A model generated the notes under the pieces. It made no database searches. It was not told the DNA's origin and saw only the letters and a program-made list of their open reading frames with translations. A program made the translations under genes and the position numbers. From Fibrobacter succinogenes (GTDB taxonomy: Bacteria > Fibrobacterota > Fibrobacteria > Fibrobacterales > Fibrobacteraceae), in assembly GCA_902795385.1 (NCBI GenBank), contig CADBLC010000002.1:1-46026 (forward strand): a stretch of DNA of 46,026 nt. The letters run 5' to 3'. Shown in pieces: positions 9,552 to 18,069 of this stretch. Numbering within the stretch: the first letter of the stretch is position 1; each line of letters starts with the position of its first letter.

Positions 9552-10100
9552 ATGTTCAAGCACCTTCTTTTCGGCATGTTCATTTCGGCCGCAGTCATCG
9601 CGATGAGCGCATGCGGCGACGACAGTTCCAGCAATTCCACGACAGACGCGCCCGGGTCAAGCGCATCCATTCCTGAATCAAGTGCCGCGCCCGCAAAGGA
9701 CACGGTCTGGAACAAGGCGAATCTCACGTGGTACACCTCGTGGCCGGAACCCGGCAGCGAAGAATGCGAAGACTACAACGGATGCACCTGGGCAGGATGG
9801 TTCGCAGGCCTGAACGAGCAGCAAACTGAAGAATGGGTCAGCCAGCACAACATCATCGCCGTTCACGAGAAAGACTGGAAAACCTACAAGCTCAAGACTT
9901 TCAGGCTGAAGCAGAACGGGCGTACCATCGACGCTGTCGTTTACGACATGTGTTCCGACAGCGACTGCGACGGATGCTGCACCGAGAACGCCGGAGAACT
10001 CGAGTTCCTGATCGACATCGAGAGTTATTCGTGCAAGCGCTTCACCGGTGACGGCGATTGCGACGGCGTTGTGGAATGGACTTGCCTTGACTGCGAATAA
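9552..10100 (+). CDS. Cys-rich hypothetical lipoprotein, possibly with a DPBB/RlpA-like fold
   Basis: Start at MFKHLLFG..AMSACGDD lipobox; T.Y, IIAV, V.D.C..C and IDI pattern is loosely DPBB-like (inference). Confidence 0.7.
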   Translation: MFKHLLFGMFISAAVIAMSACGDDSSSNSTTDAPGSSASIPESSAAPAKDTVWNKANLTWYTSWPEPGSEECEDYNGCTWAGWFAGLNEQQTEEWVSQHNIIAVHEKDWKTYKLKTFRLKQNGRTIDAVVYDMCSDSDCDGCCTENAGELEFLIDIESYSCKRFTGDGDCDGVVEWTCLDCE

Positions 10101-10102
10101 CC

Positions 10103-10899
10103 ATGCTGGTCAAAATCCTGATTGACAACATCGAAGGAAGCTGCTGTTCCCGCAAGCTCTTTGGCGAATGGGGCCTTTCGGTGTACGTGGAATTCGAGGG
10201 CAGGCGCTACCTCCTGGATACGGGAGCGTCGCACCTGTTCGCAAAGAACGCCGGAGTCATGGGGATCGACCTCACGAAAGTCGACACGGGAATCTTGAGC
10301 CACGCCCATTACGACCACAGCAACGGCATGGCAAAGTTCTTCAACGTCAACAAGACGGCGCCCTTCTACCTGCGCAAGGGCGCGGGCGAGAACTGCTACC
10401 ATACGCACAAGCTGCTCGGCCGCTTTGCCTATCACGAATACATCGGCATTCACAAGGGCTGGCTAAAGCGTTTCGAGAACCGCATCAAATTTGCCGAGGG
10501 CGATGCGCAAATCGCCCCGAACGTTAACGTCGTGAGTCCGGAAAGCCGCGCCGGCATCGCACAGGCGGCAAGCCTCTCCGTCAAGGAGAACGGCAAGTAC
10601 CGCTACGACAGCTTTGACCACGAGCAAAGCCTAGTGTTCGACACGCCTCAAGGACTTTTCGTGATGAACAGCTGCAGCCATGCAGGCGCCGACAACATCG
10701 TAAAAGAAATCGAGGCCACCTTCCCCGGCAAAAAGATTTATGCATTGCTCTCCGCGCCTTCGCCGAACGCCTGCGCGAACTGAACGTTCAGCACATCTAC
10801 ACCGGGCACTGCACCGGGAACCGCGCCTACGAAATCCTCCGCGAGACTCTGGGAGAACGCGCCCAGCAGATGTTTACGGGCTTGACAATCGAAATTTAA
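10103..10899 (+). pseudogene. MBL-fold metallo-hydrolase, frameshifted near 10750
   Basis: LLDTG, SHAHYDH, HEQ and SCSHAG; after ALL the expected GGFH is absent and VRAFAERLRELNVQHIYTGHCTG...TGLTIEI* continues in another frame to TAA at 10897-10899. Confidence 0.82.
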
Positions 10900-10940
10900 G
10901 TTTTTTCACGGCAAAATTGGCCAAAAGCACCCTATTGAGG

Positions 10941-10978
10941 AAAAAGCGCAAAATATGCAAAAATAATTCCTAAAAAGG
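10941..10978 (+). repeat. Direct repeat, copy 1
   Basis: CGCAAAATATGCAAAAATAATTCCTA is identical at 10947-10972 and 18168-18193, with similar flanks. Confidence 0.8.
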
Positions 10979-11003
10979 GCGTAGATTCCAATAGCATCGT
11001 TAA

Positions 11004-11210
11004 TTAGATATCCCAAGGACCGTCGGAAATGTCGCCCGGATAGGCGTAGACATACGCACTCGATGCCGGTTCGAGCCTGGCAAACATGGTGCGGAAATTT
11101 GTTTCGCCTTCCTGGGCAATGACCTTCGAAATGCGGCGAACCACTTCGGCGAAAGGGACTCTGCCGGACATTTCATCGTGGACCTTTTCTATCAGTTCTC
11201 TCTGCGTCAT
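11004..11210 (-). CDS. 68-aa hypothetical protein with a WYL-box promoter
   Basis: MTQRELIEKV...; SD AGGAG and a box/-10 promoter directly upstream. Confidence 0.7.
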   Translation of the reverse strand: MTQRELIEKVHDEMSGRVPFAEVVRRISKVIAQEGETNFRTMFARLEPASSAYVYAYPGDISDGPWDI

Positions 11211-11239
11211 ATTTTGCTCCTAGAAATGTTGACGCTATA

Positions 11240-11271
11240 AAGATACTTTGGGTATACGACAAATGGCGACG
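11240..11271 (-). promoter_or_regulatory. WYL box 1 plus -10
   Basis: Minus strand CGTCG-CCATT-TGTCG-N11-TATCTT. Confidence 0.7.
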
Positions 11272-11321
11272 GATAGGTGAATTTCCGCCACAGCCATATT
11301 TGGGGAGATTTTATAAGATGT

Positions 11322-11951
11322 TTAAAGTTTAAGTTTTACGATATAAACATGATCTTTGTCTAATCTATCCGGCTTTTCTATATCTATAATTACAAGTTTA
11401 TCATTTAGATTGTGTTTTTTTTCATAGCTCTGTTTCAGCTCTTCAACAGCATCTGACGATTTATAATCATAGCGATCGTAATCTAGAATGACTAGAAACT
11501 TGTAATAATCCTTTAAACTTAGTTCATCTCCTCTCTTCTTTTCTTTGGCATCCAACAACCCGTTGATGTCTTTTGTTAAACCAGATTTTTGACTTGCCCC
11601 ATATTTGTTTTTTTCGTATGGAATATTTGCCTTGACTTCAGCTATGATTGGAGACTTGAAAAAATCATATCCGTTTGCGTTTACATTTACAGCCGCATTA
11701 TCATTAAGCAACTTATTAGTGTTTTTTAATTCATCCGGAAGGGCGCCCGGAGTATTTGCAAATATCTTTTCTAAGTTTTTTATAAATGCATCCGTCAGTT
11801 CTTTTGTAATGAAATTATTGACCGGATTTAATGCTCTTTTTAGTTCTAGCAAATCGCTTGTTGCAATGTTTTCCTTTAATTGCGTTTTTTCGCTGAGTAT
11901 ATTGCAGAGCACCTCAGATAGTTTATTTCTGTCTATTTCGTTATTATTCAT
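11322..11951 (-). CDS. Putative PD-(D/E)XK restriction-endonuclease-like protein (AT-rich)
   Basis: NANGYD...IIAEVK motif; SD AAGGAG; markedly AT-rich. Confidence 0.6.
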   Translation of the reverse strand: MNNNEIDRNKLSEVLCNILSEKTQLKENIATSDLLELKRALNPVNNFITKELTDAFIKNLEKIFANTPGALPDELKNTNKLLNDNAAVNVNANGYDFFKSPIIAEVKANIPYEKNKYGASQKSGLTKDINGLLDAKEKKRGDELSLKDYYKFLVILDYDRYDYKSSDAVEELKQSYEKKHNLNDKLVIIDIEKPDRLDKDHVYIVKLKL

Positions 11952-12062
11952 GATTTTCTCCTTTATTCGTTTTGGTTCTTATAAATATATAATCAAATCT
12001 GTTAATATTCTCTCAATATTTAGAGATTATATAGCGTTACAATTTGCCAAATCTCCCACAAA

Positions 12063-12094
12063 CGTCATCATTTGTCGCATGTCGGGACTATCTT
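12063..12094 (+). promoter_or_regulatory. WYL box 2 plus -10
   Basis: CGTCA-TCATT-TGTCG-N11-TATCTT. Confidence 0.75.
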
Positions 12095-12114
12095 TACAGA
12101 AAAGAGGATGCTAT

Positions 12115-12276
12115 ATGACATTGAAAGAAAAGGTGGCTGAACTTTGTCGCACGCTTAGGCCGAAGTGCTTCGACGAACACAAGAATCTCGCTTCAAAGGT
12201 CAACAGCGCGATGATAAAATATCTTGACGAACATCCCGAAGATCGTAGGGCATGGTTTGGGCATCATAAAAATTAA
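12115..12276 (+). CDS. 53-aa small protein, paralog of 13896-14072
   Basis: MTLKEKVAELCRTLRPKCFDEHKNLASKVNSAMIKYLDEHPEDRRAWFGHHKN; SD GAGG; has a homolog within the window. Confidence 0.75.
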   Translation: MTLKEKVAELCRTLRPKCFDEHKNLASKVNSAMIKYLDEHPEDRRAWFGHHKN

Positions 12277-12296
12277 CTCACTGCAAAGGAGTATCT

Positions 12297-12851
12297 ATGG
12301 AAATCGACAAGAACTGGCCCGTAAGCTGGATGGAAGATGTGGCGGTCACATGCTCCGAATGCGGGAAAACCAGCGAAGTTGACGGGCGCTTTACTGAAGT
12401 TGCCGGCGACGAGCGTTTGAACTTCTATAAGGTGAGATCGGGCGTGGCCTGCTCAAGCGTATGTCCGCATTGCGGAAACGAGATGGAACTGTACGTCACG
12501 TTTTGGAAGCGCGAGTTCATGGGCGTGCGGCCCGACGGCAGGGAGGTTTGTCGCTTTTTTACCATGTGGGAACGCGATGAAAGTCCGGGTTGTTCGACAG
12601 AATCCCTTTTTGGGTATTTTGAGACGGTCGGTCCCGAATTGCATTCCGAGGGTCTTTCGCTCGATAGTTCCAGCGCCCGGGAACTTGTCGACCTGCTCTA
12701 CAAAACGACCCACGACGAGGCCTTGCTCGCTGTCGGCGAATCGCTGACGAACGGGAGTTCCGTGGAATCCGTGATTCCCGAGCTCAAGCGGATTATCGAC
12801 TCGCACGATGACGTGCTGAAGGATGCATACCTGGACGAATATTTGCCGTAA
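12297..12851 (+). CDS. Hypothetical Zn-ribbon protein
   Basis: CSECG and CPHCG pairs; SD AAGGAG. Confidence 0.75.
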   Translation: MEIDKNWPVSWMEDVAVTCSECGKTSEVDGRFTEVAGDERLNFYKVRSGVACSSVCPHCGNEMELYVTFWKREFMGVRPDGREVCRFFTMWERDESPGCSTESLFGYFETVGPELHSEGLSLDSSSARELVDLLYKTTHDEALLAVGESLTNGSSVESVIPELKRIIDSHDDVLKDAYLDEYLP

Positions 12852-12906
12852 AAGACCATGTAAAAGGCAAAAATTTCCGAAAAATTACCTGAATACGACA
12901 AAATCG

Positions 12907-12938
12907 AGACAGTATTTGTCGCATGGGGATTGTATATT
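12907..12938 (+). promoter_or_regulatory. WYL box 3 plus -10
   Basis: AGACA-GTATT-TGTCG-N11-TATATT; an extra half-site TACGACA lies at 12894-12900. Confidence 0.75.
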
Positions 12939-13051
12939 ACGTTTTAGATTTATGCATACATCTGCATTTATACATAAACAAGCGATAATATAATGCAGCA
13001 GGCAAGGCGGTTGCGCTGCACAAACCCAAAGCCATCGACAGGAGGTCTTTT

Positions 13052-13837
13052 ATGGCGACAATACATATCGACGACTCGAAACCCTTCCCGAATATTCCGG
13101 CCGAGCCGAACAACCGGCACGAATCCTTTGCGGATTTCTGCAAGCGGCAGGCGTCTGGGCTAAAACTAATCAGCGACGAAATTGAACAAGAAAACAGGGA
13201 GCAGGAGGAATTGCGTAAATTCCAGGAAAGGAGCGTTGAGCGCAAGAAGAAATTGCTGTTCGACAACCTGGACCTCATCATGCGCCACCGGGACGAGATT
13301 CTCGCGACACCGCGCTACGCGAACATAGACGCCCACTACGCCATCAAGGGCGGCGGGCTCTACGTGGGCCCCCTTCACACCTCAAGGGCGTTCAACATCG
13401 CAGGCAGTAACGTCGGAGTCAATCTCAGGCTCGCGACACTCCTGCGCATCTGGGAAACCGACCAGTTCCGCGTAGACTGCAAGTGCGGCGCCACAGCCCT
13501 TGTCCGCAGCTTTTCTGGATCACCGCTTTCGGGCTGCTCCCGGGCGACCGCGTATTGCCCCGAATGCAAGCGGGAGACCCATGTCGCCAACCGCAGCTTC
13601 GGCAATTATTTCTGGTACTTGCAGAAAAATCTTTCCGAAGACGTCGAGACCGTCGCAAGACATGTTATTGCCAAGTGGACGCTCGCCGAGGCAGAGCACG
13701 AAAAGAAGGTCACCGAGGGGAAATACTATGACCCCAGACCGGGCGACGATTTCCACGGCGACGGCACACCATGCAATCTCGAGACGATGATTAACGAGTT
13801 GAAGCTGAAGGAATTCGACGAAGCCGGCACCCGCTAA
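13052..13837 (+). CDS. Hypothetical protein with a coiled coil and Zn-ribbon
   Basis: CKCG...GSPLSG...CPEC; SD AGGAGG. Confidence 0.8.
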   Translation: MATIHIDDSKPFPNIPAEPNNRHESFADFCKRQASGLKLISDEIEQENREQEELRKFQERSVERKKKLLFDNLDLIMRHRDEILATPRYANIDAHYAIKGGGLYVGPLHTSRAFNIAGSNVGVNLRLATLLRIWETDQFRVDCKCGATALVRSFSGSPLSGCSRATAYCPECKRETHVANRSFGNYFWYLQKNLSEDVETVARHVIAKWTLAEAEHEKKVTEGKYYDPRPGDDFHGDGTPCNLETMINELKLKEFDEAGTR

Positions 13838-13840
13838 ATT

Positions 13841-13876
13841 CATACGACAATATCTGTCGTATGTGAGTCGTATATT
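13841..13876 (+). promoter_or_regulatory. WYL box 4 (perfect palindrome) plus -10
   Basis: CATACGACA-ATATC-TGTCGTATG; TATATT lies 11 nt after TGTCG. Confidence 0.85.
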
Positions 13877-13895
13877 ATGGGAAAAGGAGTAATAT

Positions 13896-14072
13896 ATGAC
13901 ACAAGAAGAAAAAGTAAAGGAACTCTATAATGAGCTGAAACCCAAGTGCCAAGCCGAGGGCTTGAACCTGTGTTGGGAAATCCATAAAGCCTTAGCCCGA
14001 TTCCGCAAGGAACATCCCGATCTGGACGACCAGTGGGCCCGGGAGGCAGAAGGATTAGGACCAGAAGATTAA
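13896..14072 (+). CDS. 58-aa small protein not in the ORF track, paralog of 12115-12276
   Basis: MTQEEKVKELYNELKPKCQAEGLNLCWEIHKALARFRKEHPDLDDQWAREAEGLGPED; SD AAGGAG. Confidence 0.78.
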   Translation: MTQEEKVKELYNELKPKCQAEGLNLCWEIHKALARFRKEHPDLDDQWAREAEGLGPED

Positions 14073-14103
14073 CACACCGCTTGTTTTTTCGCGCCCCTTT
14101 TTG

Positions 14104-14207
14104 TATATTACTTTCATCACCAAAAAGGGTGTTATTAGAAGATCGCTATCCGCGCAGGCGGGGCGGTCTTTTTTTTGTTTTTAAACGAGGTAAAAATGAG
14201 GAAAAAA
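14104..14207 (+). ncRNA. Candidate small RNA/leader-terminator element, copy 1
   Basis: TATATT, CACC/GGTG mini-stem, GC hairpin with U-tract, then GAGG...ATGAGGAAAAA. Homologous to 24094-24195 with a compensatory stem change. Confidence 0.5.
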
Positions 14208-14220
14208 GAAGAAAAAGGCG

Positions 14221-14247
14221 AAAACTGCGACAACTTGTCGCAGTTTT
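14221..14247. repeat. 13-1-13 perfect palindrome upstream of the DUF1016 gene
   Basis: AAAACTGCGACAA-C-TTGTCGCAGTTTT; a covarying twin lies at 14588-14614. Confidence 0.85.
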
Positions 14248-14288
14248 GATCACATTTTATCCAAGCTATTTGAAATAAGGAACTTCCC

Positions 14289-15350
14289 ATGGCAAAAGAA
14301 CCCCAGAAGCTGCAAGAAACCGAATATGGTGAAATTCTGCGACAGGCTGTCGCAGTAATTAACGAAACCAGGATAAACATCGCCCGCCAACTCAACGCAA
14401 GCGAGAATACCGCCTATTGGAAAATAGGAAAATTACTTCACGAGCGAAAATTGGAAAGTAAGCATGGAAACGCCGTTGTAAGACGGCTCTCAATAGATTT
14501 AAAGGAACGTTTTCCAGACATGGGGCTATCTCCTCGAAATTTATGGGATATGAAGAAATTCTATGAGCGATTTAGTCTCAGTGCGCCAAAAGTGCAACAG
14601 GCTGTTGCACTTTTACCTTGGGGGCATATTCTATTGTTAATGCGTTCTGTGACGGATGACGACGATCGTGCGCTTTTTTATGCAACAGAATGTGTTTCTA
14701 AGGGTTGGCCCCGGGATATGCTGGTTACTGCCGTTCAAATGCAAATGTACGAACATGTTGTTTTGAGCAATCCCGCAAACAATTTCGAAAAGACCCTTCC
14801 CGAAAATCAGGTCGCATTTGCGAACGAAACATTCCGCAGCTCTTATAATCTTGGTTTTTTAAGTGTAACAGATTCTTTAGAGGAGATTGAACTTGAAAAG
14901 AAGCTAGTTGAAAAAGTCAAGCAGTTTCTCCTTGAATTGGGGAAAGGATTTGCCTTTATTGGAAACCAACATGTATTGGAATACAATGGCAAAACAAGAA
15001 AGGTTGACATGCTTTTCTTTAACCGACACCTAAAGAGCCTTGTGGCAATAGACTTGAAGATTGGCGAGTTTAAACCAGAGTATGTCGGCAAAATGAATTA
15101 TTATCTGTCTTTGTTAGATCGCTTGGAACGCAACGAAGATGAAAACAGGTCCATTGGCATTATTTTATGTGCGACAAAAGATTCTGTTGAAGTCGAGCTT
15201 TCGCTCGATGGCATTGATAAGCCCATTGGCGTAGCAGATTATCAATTACTATTGCCTAAAGCTGAGTTACAGAAGGTTCTCACGGACGAGATAAAATCCT
15301 TTAATGCTGAACAAAAACGGGGCCCGAAAAAAATGGTTATTGAAAAGTGA
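14289..15350 (+). CDS. DUF1016/YhcG family PD-(D/E)XK nuclease domain protein
   Basis: YWKIGK, G.SPRNLW.M..FY, LPWGH, FLLELGKGFAFIG.Q, DMLFF, IDLK.GEFKPEY.GKMNYY and IGIILC. Confidence 0.92.
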   Translation: MAKEPQKLQETEYGEILRQAVAVINETRINIARQLNASENTAYWKIGKLLHERKLESKHGNAVVRRLSIDLKERFPDMGLSPRNLWDMKKFYERFSLSAPKVQQAVALLPWGHILLLMRSVTDDDDRALFYATECVSKGWPRDMLVTAVQMQMYEHVVLSNPANNFEKTLPENQVAFANETFRSSYNLGFLSVTDSLEEIELEKKLVEKVKQFLLELGKGFAFIGNQHVLEYNGKTRKVDMLFFNRHLKSLVAIDLKIGEFKPEYVGKMNYYLSLLDRLERNEDENRSIGIILCATKDSVEVELSLDGIDKPIGVADYQLLLPKAELQKVLTDEIKSFNAEQKRGPKKMVIEK

Positions 15351-15371
15351 ATAAATAATAGTTGCAAAAAT

Positions 15372-15405
15372 TGCGACGATATTTGTCGCATGCATGTCGT
15401 ATATT
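15372..15405 (+). promoter_or_regulatory. WYL box 5 plus -10
   Basis: TGCGACG-ATATT-TGTCGCA; TATATT lies 11 nt after TGTCG. Confidence 0.8.
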
Positions 15406-15424
15406 ATAAAAAAAGGAATAATAT

Positions 15425-16570
15425 ATGACACATGAAAAAAAGACAGATGGTTTCGAGGCATTGACCGAAGAGGAAATGAGCAAGGCTTTCCGCTACTACA
15501 ATTACGTGCGGGAGTTTTACGGTTATCTGTGCGATTCTTTGGACCTGGTTTTCGAAGACGGTTGTGATGAGTTTGATCCGGCGTATGCCTCGGCCGAGAA
15601 GGAATTCCCGCCTGCCGAGGGAATCGATGAAAATTCGGCCGCCAAGGCAAAGACAATCGATGAGATGTCTCGTACCGTTCGTGCCTACGAAACGATGCAG
15701 TCTATTATCGCGATTCTCGACATGGATGGCGTAGAGAAGGCTGCACAGGTTCGCGGAATGATGCAGGACACCCACAAGTTCGCGCTTACGAGCATCGCGG
15801 AATGGTTCCCGATTCCAGGTATTTGGCATGAATTTGACGATTATGCATATGGCCAGCTCTACAAATACGCAAACGATGCGCAGAGTGCGGTGTCGCTGAT
15901 GGAGCCGCTTGCCCTTGAATCTGCAATCCACAAGATTTTCGCAGAGCAGAAGGAATGCCTTGAAAAATTCTTGCCGCAGAAAATCGAGACGCTGAAAAAA
16001 CTGAAAGCCGAAATGGAAAACTCTTACAAGGGAAAGATAGACTGGTCGAATCACCTTTGTCAAAGGGAGCTTGTTGATGTGGTGACGGATTACGCCTTTG
16101 CGCTTGATACGCTTGACGATTACGATCACCAGAGGCTTACGCTGCGCAAGTGCGCGGCCGTAGAAAAGTTCCGTGCGACATACGAGAACGCGATGGCGGC
16201 AATTCAGGGGCTCAAGGAAAAGTTCGGCGGCAGCGAGCTGTTCGCGCACGAGAAGGATGAATCATTCAAGAGTAGCATTGGGCAGATTTACCAGACTTTT
16301 GACGGAGCGGAACTTTACCCAGGTGTTGAGCAGAAGGCGGCGATGCTCCTTTACCTCGTCACGAAGAACCATTCTTTCAGCGACGGCAACAAGCGCATTG
16401 CGGCGACGCTCTTCTTGTGGTTCCTGCTGAATAACGGCATCTTGTATAAAGATGACGGTTCCAAGCGGATTGCCGATGCGACACTCGTGACCATGACGCT
16501 GATGATAGCCGAGAGCCGCCCCGAAGATATGGAAATGATGGTGAAAATCGTGGTGAATCTGATGGGATAA
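15425..16570 (+). CDS. Unknown acidic N-terminal domain fused to a Doc-type Fic domain
   Basis: C-half DYAFALDTLDDYD...IYQTFDG.ELYP..EQKAA.LLY..KNHSFSDGNKRIAA (HxFxDGNKR); the first ~215 aa are unrecognised. Confidence 0.85.
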   Translation: MTHEKKTDGFEALTEEEMSKAFRYYNYVREFYGYLCDSLDLVFEDGCDEFDPAYASAEKEFPPAEGIDENSAAKAKTIDEMSRTVRAYETMQSIIAILDMDGVEKAAQVRGMMQDTHKFALTSIAEWFPIPGIWHEFDDYAYGQLYKYANDAQSAVSLMEPLALESAIHKIFAEQKECLEKFLPQKIETLKKLKAEMENSYKGKIDWSNHLCQRELVDVVTDYAFALDTLDDYDHQRLTLRKCAAVEKFRATYENAMAAIQGLKEKFGGSELFAHEKDESFKSSIGQIYQTFDGAELYPGVEQKAAMLLYLVTKNHSFSDGNKRIAATLFLWFLLNNGILYKDDGSKRIADATLVTMTLMIAESRPEDMEMMVKIVVNLMG

Positions 16571-16576
16571 TGAAAG

Positions 16577-16603
16577 GAGATCCCCGCCTGCGCGGGGATG
16601 ACA
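16577..16603. repeat. 27-bp REP-like palindrome, intergenic copy
   Basis: GAGATCCCCGCCTGCGCGGGGATGACA between the Fic and phosphoesterase genes. Confidence 0.8.
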
Positions 16604-16607
16604 GAGT

Positions 16608-17345
16608 ATGGTTGGCGAAAAGTACACAAAAAGACAGTTGTGGATTTGCGGGGACATTCACGGCGAATTGTCCGGGCTCGTCCGGAATGCAGTGAATCGC
16701 GGGATATCGTGCGCCGATATCCTGGTTGTCGGTGATTTTGGCGCAGGTTTCGGTCGCCCGAAATCGATGGACGTTGCCTACGGCAAGGTGCGTGCGGCTT
16801 TAGAGAAAAACGACATTTGCATATACACGATTCGCGGTAATCACGACAACCCCGCGTTTTTCGATGGTAAGCACGATTTCGACCGACTTCATTTTTTGCC
16901 GGACCATCACATAATCGAACTTTGCGGCAAGAAGATTTACACTATCGGTGGAGCAGTCTCTGCCGACATTGATTTGGTTGACCCATTGAGCCACAAGTCG
17001 CGGCGGATGATAAACGATTCCCTAATCAAGTCCGGGTCTTCCAAACGCGTCTGGTGGCCAGACGAGGCTCCTGTGCCGATTGTTGAAAGTTTCCCCACTG
17101 CTGTAGATATTGTTGCGTCGCACGAGGCTCCGCTTTCATTTGATCCGCCACTTGTGCAGGCGGCCCATGTACGCAATGAAACATTTCTGAAGATTGTCGA
17201 ATCGCGTAAGTACCTGGATTATGTTCTGTCGCAAATCAAGCCTGCCTTGTGGTTTTACGGGCATTATCATAGCCATTTTGAGGGTAATTATCAAAATACG
17301 CTTTATCGCTGCTTGGATATCGCAGAAATGACACAGATTACTTGA
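16608..17345 (+). CDS. Calcineurin-like metallophosphoesterase
   Basis: GDIHG, GDFG, GNHD, SHEAP and GHYH motifs. Confidence 0.9.
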   Translation: MVGEKYTKRQLWICGDIHGELSGLVRNAVNRGISCADILVVGDFGAGFGRPKSMDVAYGKVRAALEKNDICIYTIRGNHDNPAFFDGKHDFDRLHFLPDHHIIELCGKKIYTIGGAVSADIDLVDPLSHKSRRMINDSLIKSGSSKRVWWPDEAPVPIVESFPTAVDIVASHEAPLSFDPPLVQAAHVRNETFLKIVESRKYLDYVLSQIKPALWFYGHYHSHFEGNYQNTLYRCLDIAEMTQIT

Positions 17346-17355
17346 GGACATTGCT

Positions 17356-18069
17356 ATGAATGATCATTTAATGAGAATCGCATTCCCTGTCAAATGGGAA
17401 GTCCTTGAAAACTTCTACAAGGACATTGACGGAGGCTTGGAAAAAGTCAAGAGAATAAAGAAATCCTGCAAAATCGAACAGGATGATCACGTTTTTTATG
17501 AAGAACACGAACTGCGTTACGCATCGGTGAATTTTGAATTTCTTTATGACCGTCGGCGTAAACTGAATGAGGAATTCGTTTGGACCGAAGAAAATCTCGG
17601 CAAGTTGATTCGCCTTGATCAGCACATTCGCAAGCTGGAATATGAAATGTACCAAAAATTCATCGGGATAAAGGAAAATCTGAACAGCCTCGTTGCCCAG
17701 GGATTCGACATATTCAAGGAATATCAGGTTACGGGAAAGATTGAATACGATGCGATGTACATCGATGACGAGGAACATGAACGTAAAAAGGACTGGGTAA
17801 GCGGCCTTTTGCAAGATTACGCGAACTGGGGACTCCTGGACTGGTTTACGTTTGGTGACGGAGACGAACCCGATGATCCGCGCGAGAACGAGGACTATAT
17901 ATTTGAAGCGTGGGGCCGGTGGCTCAAGTACGATTACTTTGTAAAGAACGGGATGACGCACTACTTGTGTCACCTGTTGGACACTCACGAATGGAGCCTT
18001 TATTCGTATAGCGACATCGTTGAAATGGACCCAAGGTGCTTTTACCTTGATTATGAAATTTCGCTTTAA
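17356..18069 (+). CDS. Hypothetical acidic protein
   Basis: 237-aa ORF with SD GAGG, 10 nt after the phosphoesterase stop. Confidence 0.75.
   Translation: MNDHLMRIAFPVKWEVLENFYKDIDGGLEKVKRIKKSCKIEQDDHVFYEEHELRYASVNFEFLYDRRRKLNEEFVWTEENLGKLIRLDQHIRKLEYEMYQKFIGIKENLNSLVAQGFDIFKEYQVTGKIEYDAMYIDDEEHERKKDWVSGLLQDYANWGLLDWFTFGDGDEPDDPRENEDYIFEAWGRWLKYDYFVKNGMTHYLCHLLDTHEWSLYSYSDIVEMDPRCFYLDYEISL

Noticed and set aside
11605-12114. 223-aa plus-strand ORF 11605-12276
   Set aside because: It is mostly antisense to the 209-aa gene; only the last 53 codons have an SD, a promoter and a paralog.
14221-14247. Palindrome as an eighth WYL box
   Set aside because: It has the same half-sites but a 3-nt rather than 5-nt spacer and no TAnnnT 11 nt downstream. 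It matches the DUF1016-internal palindrome better. Cross-binding is not excluded.
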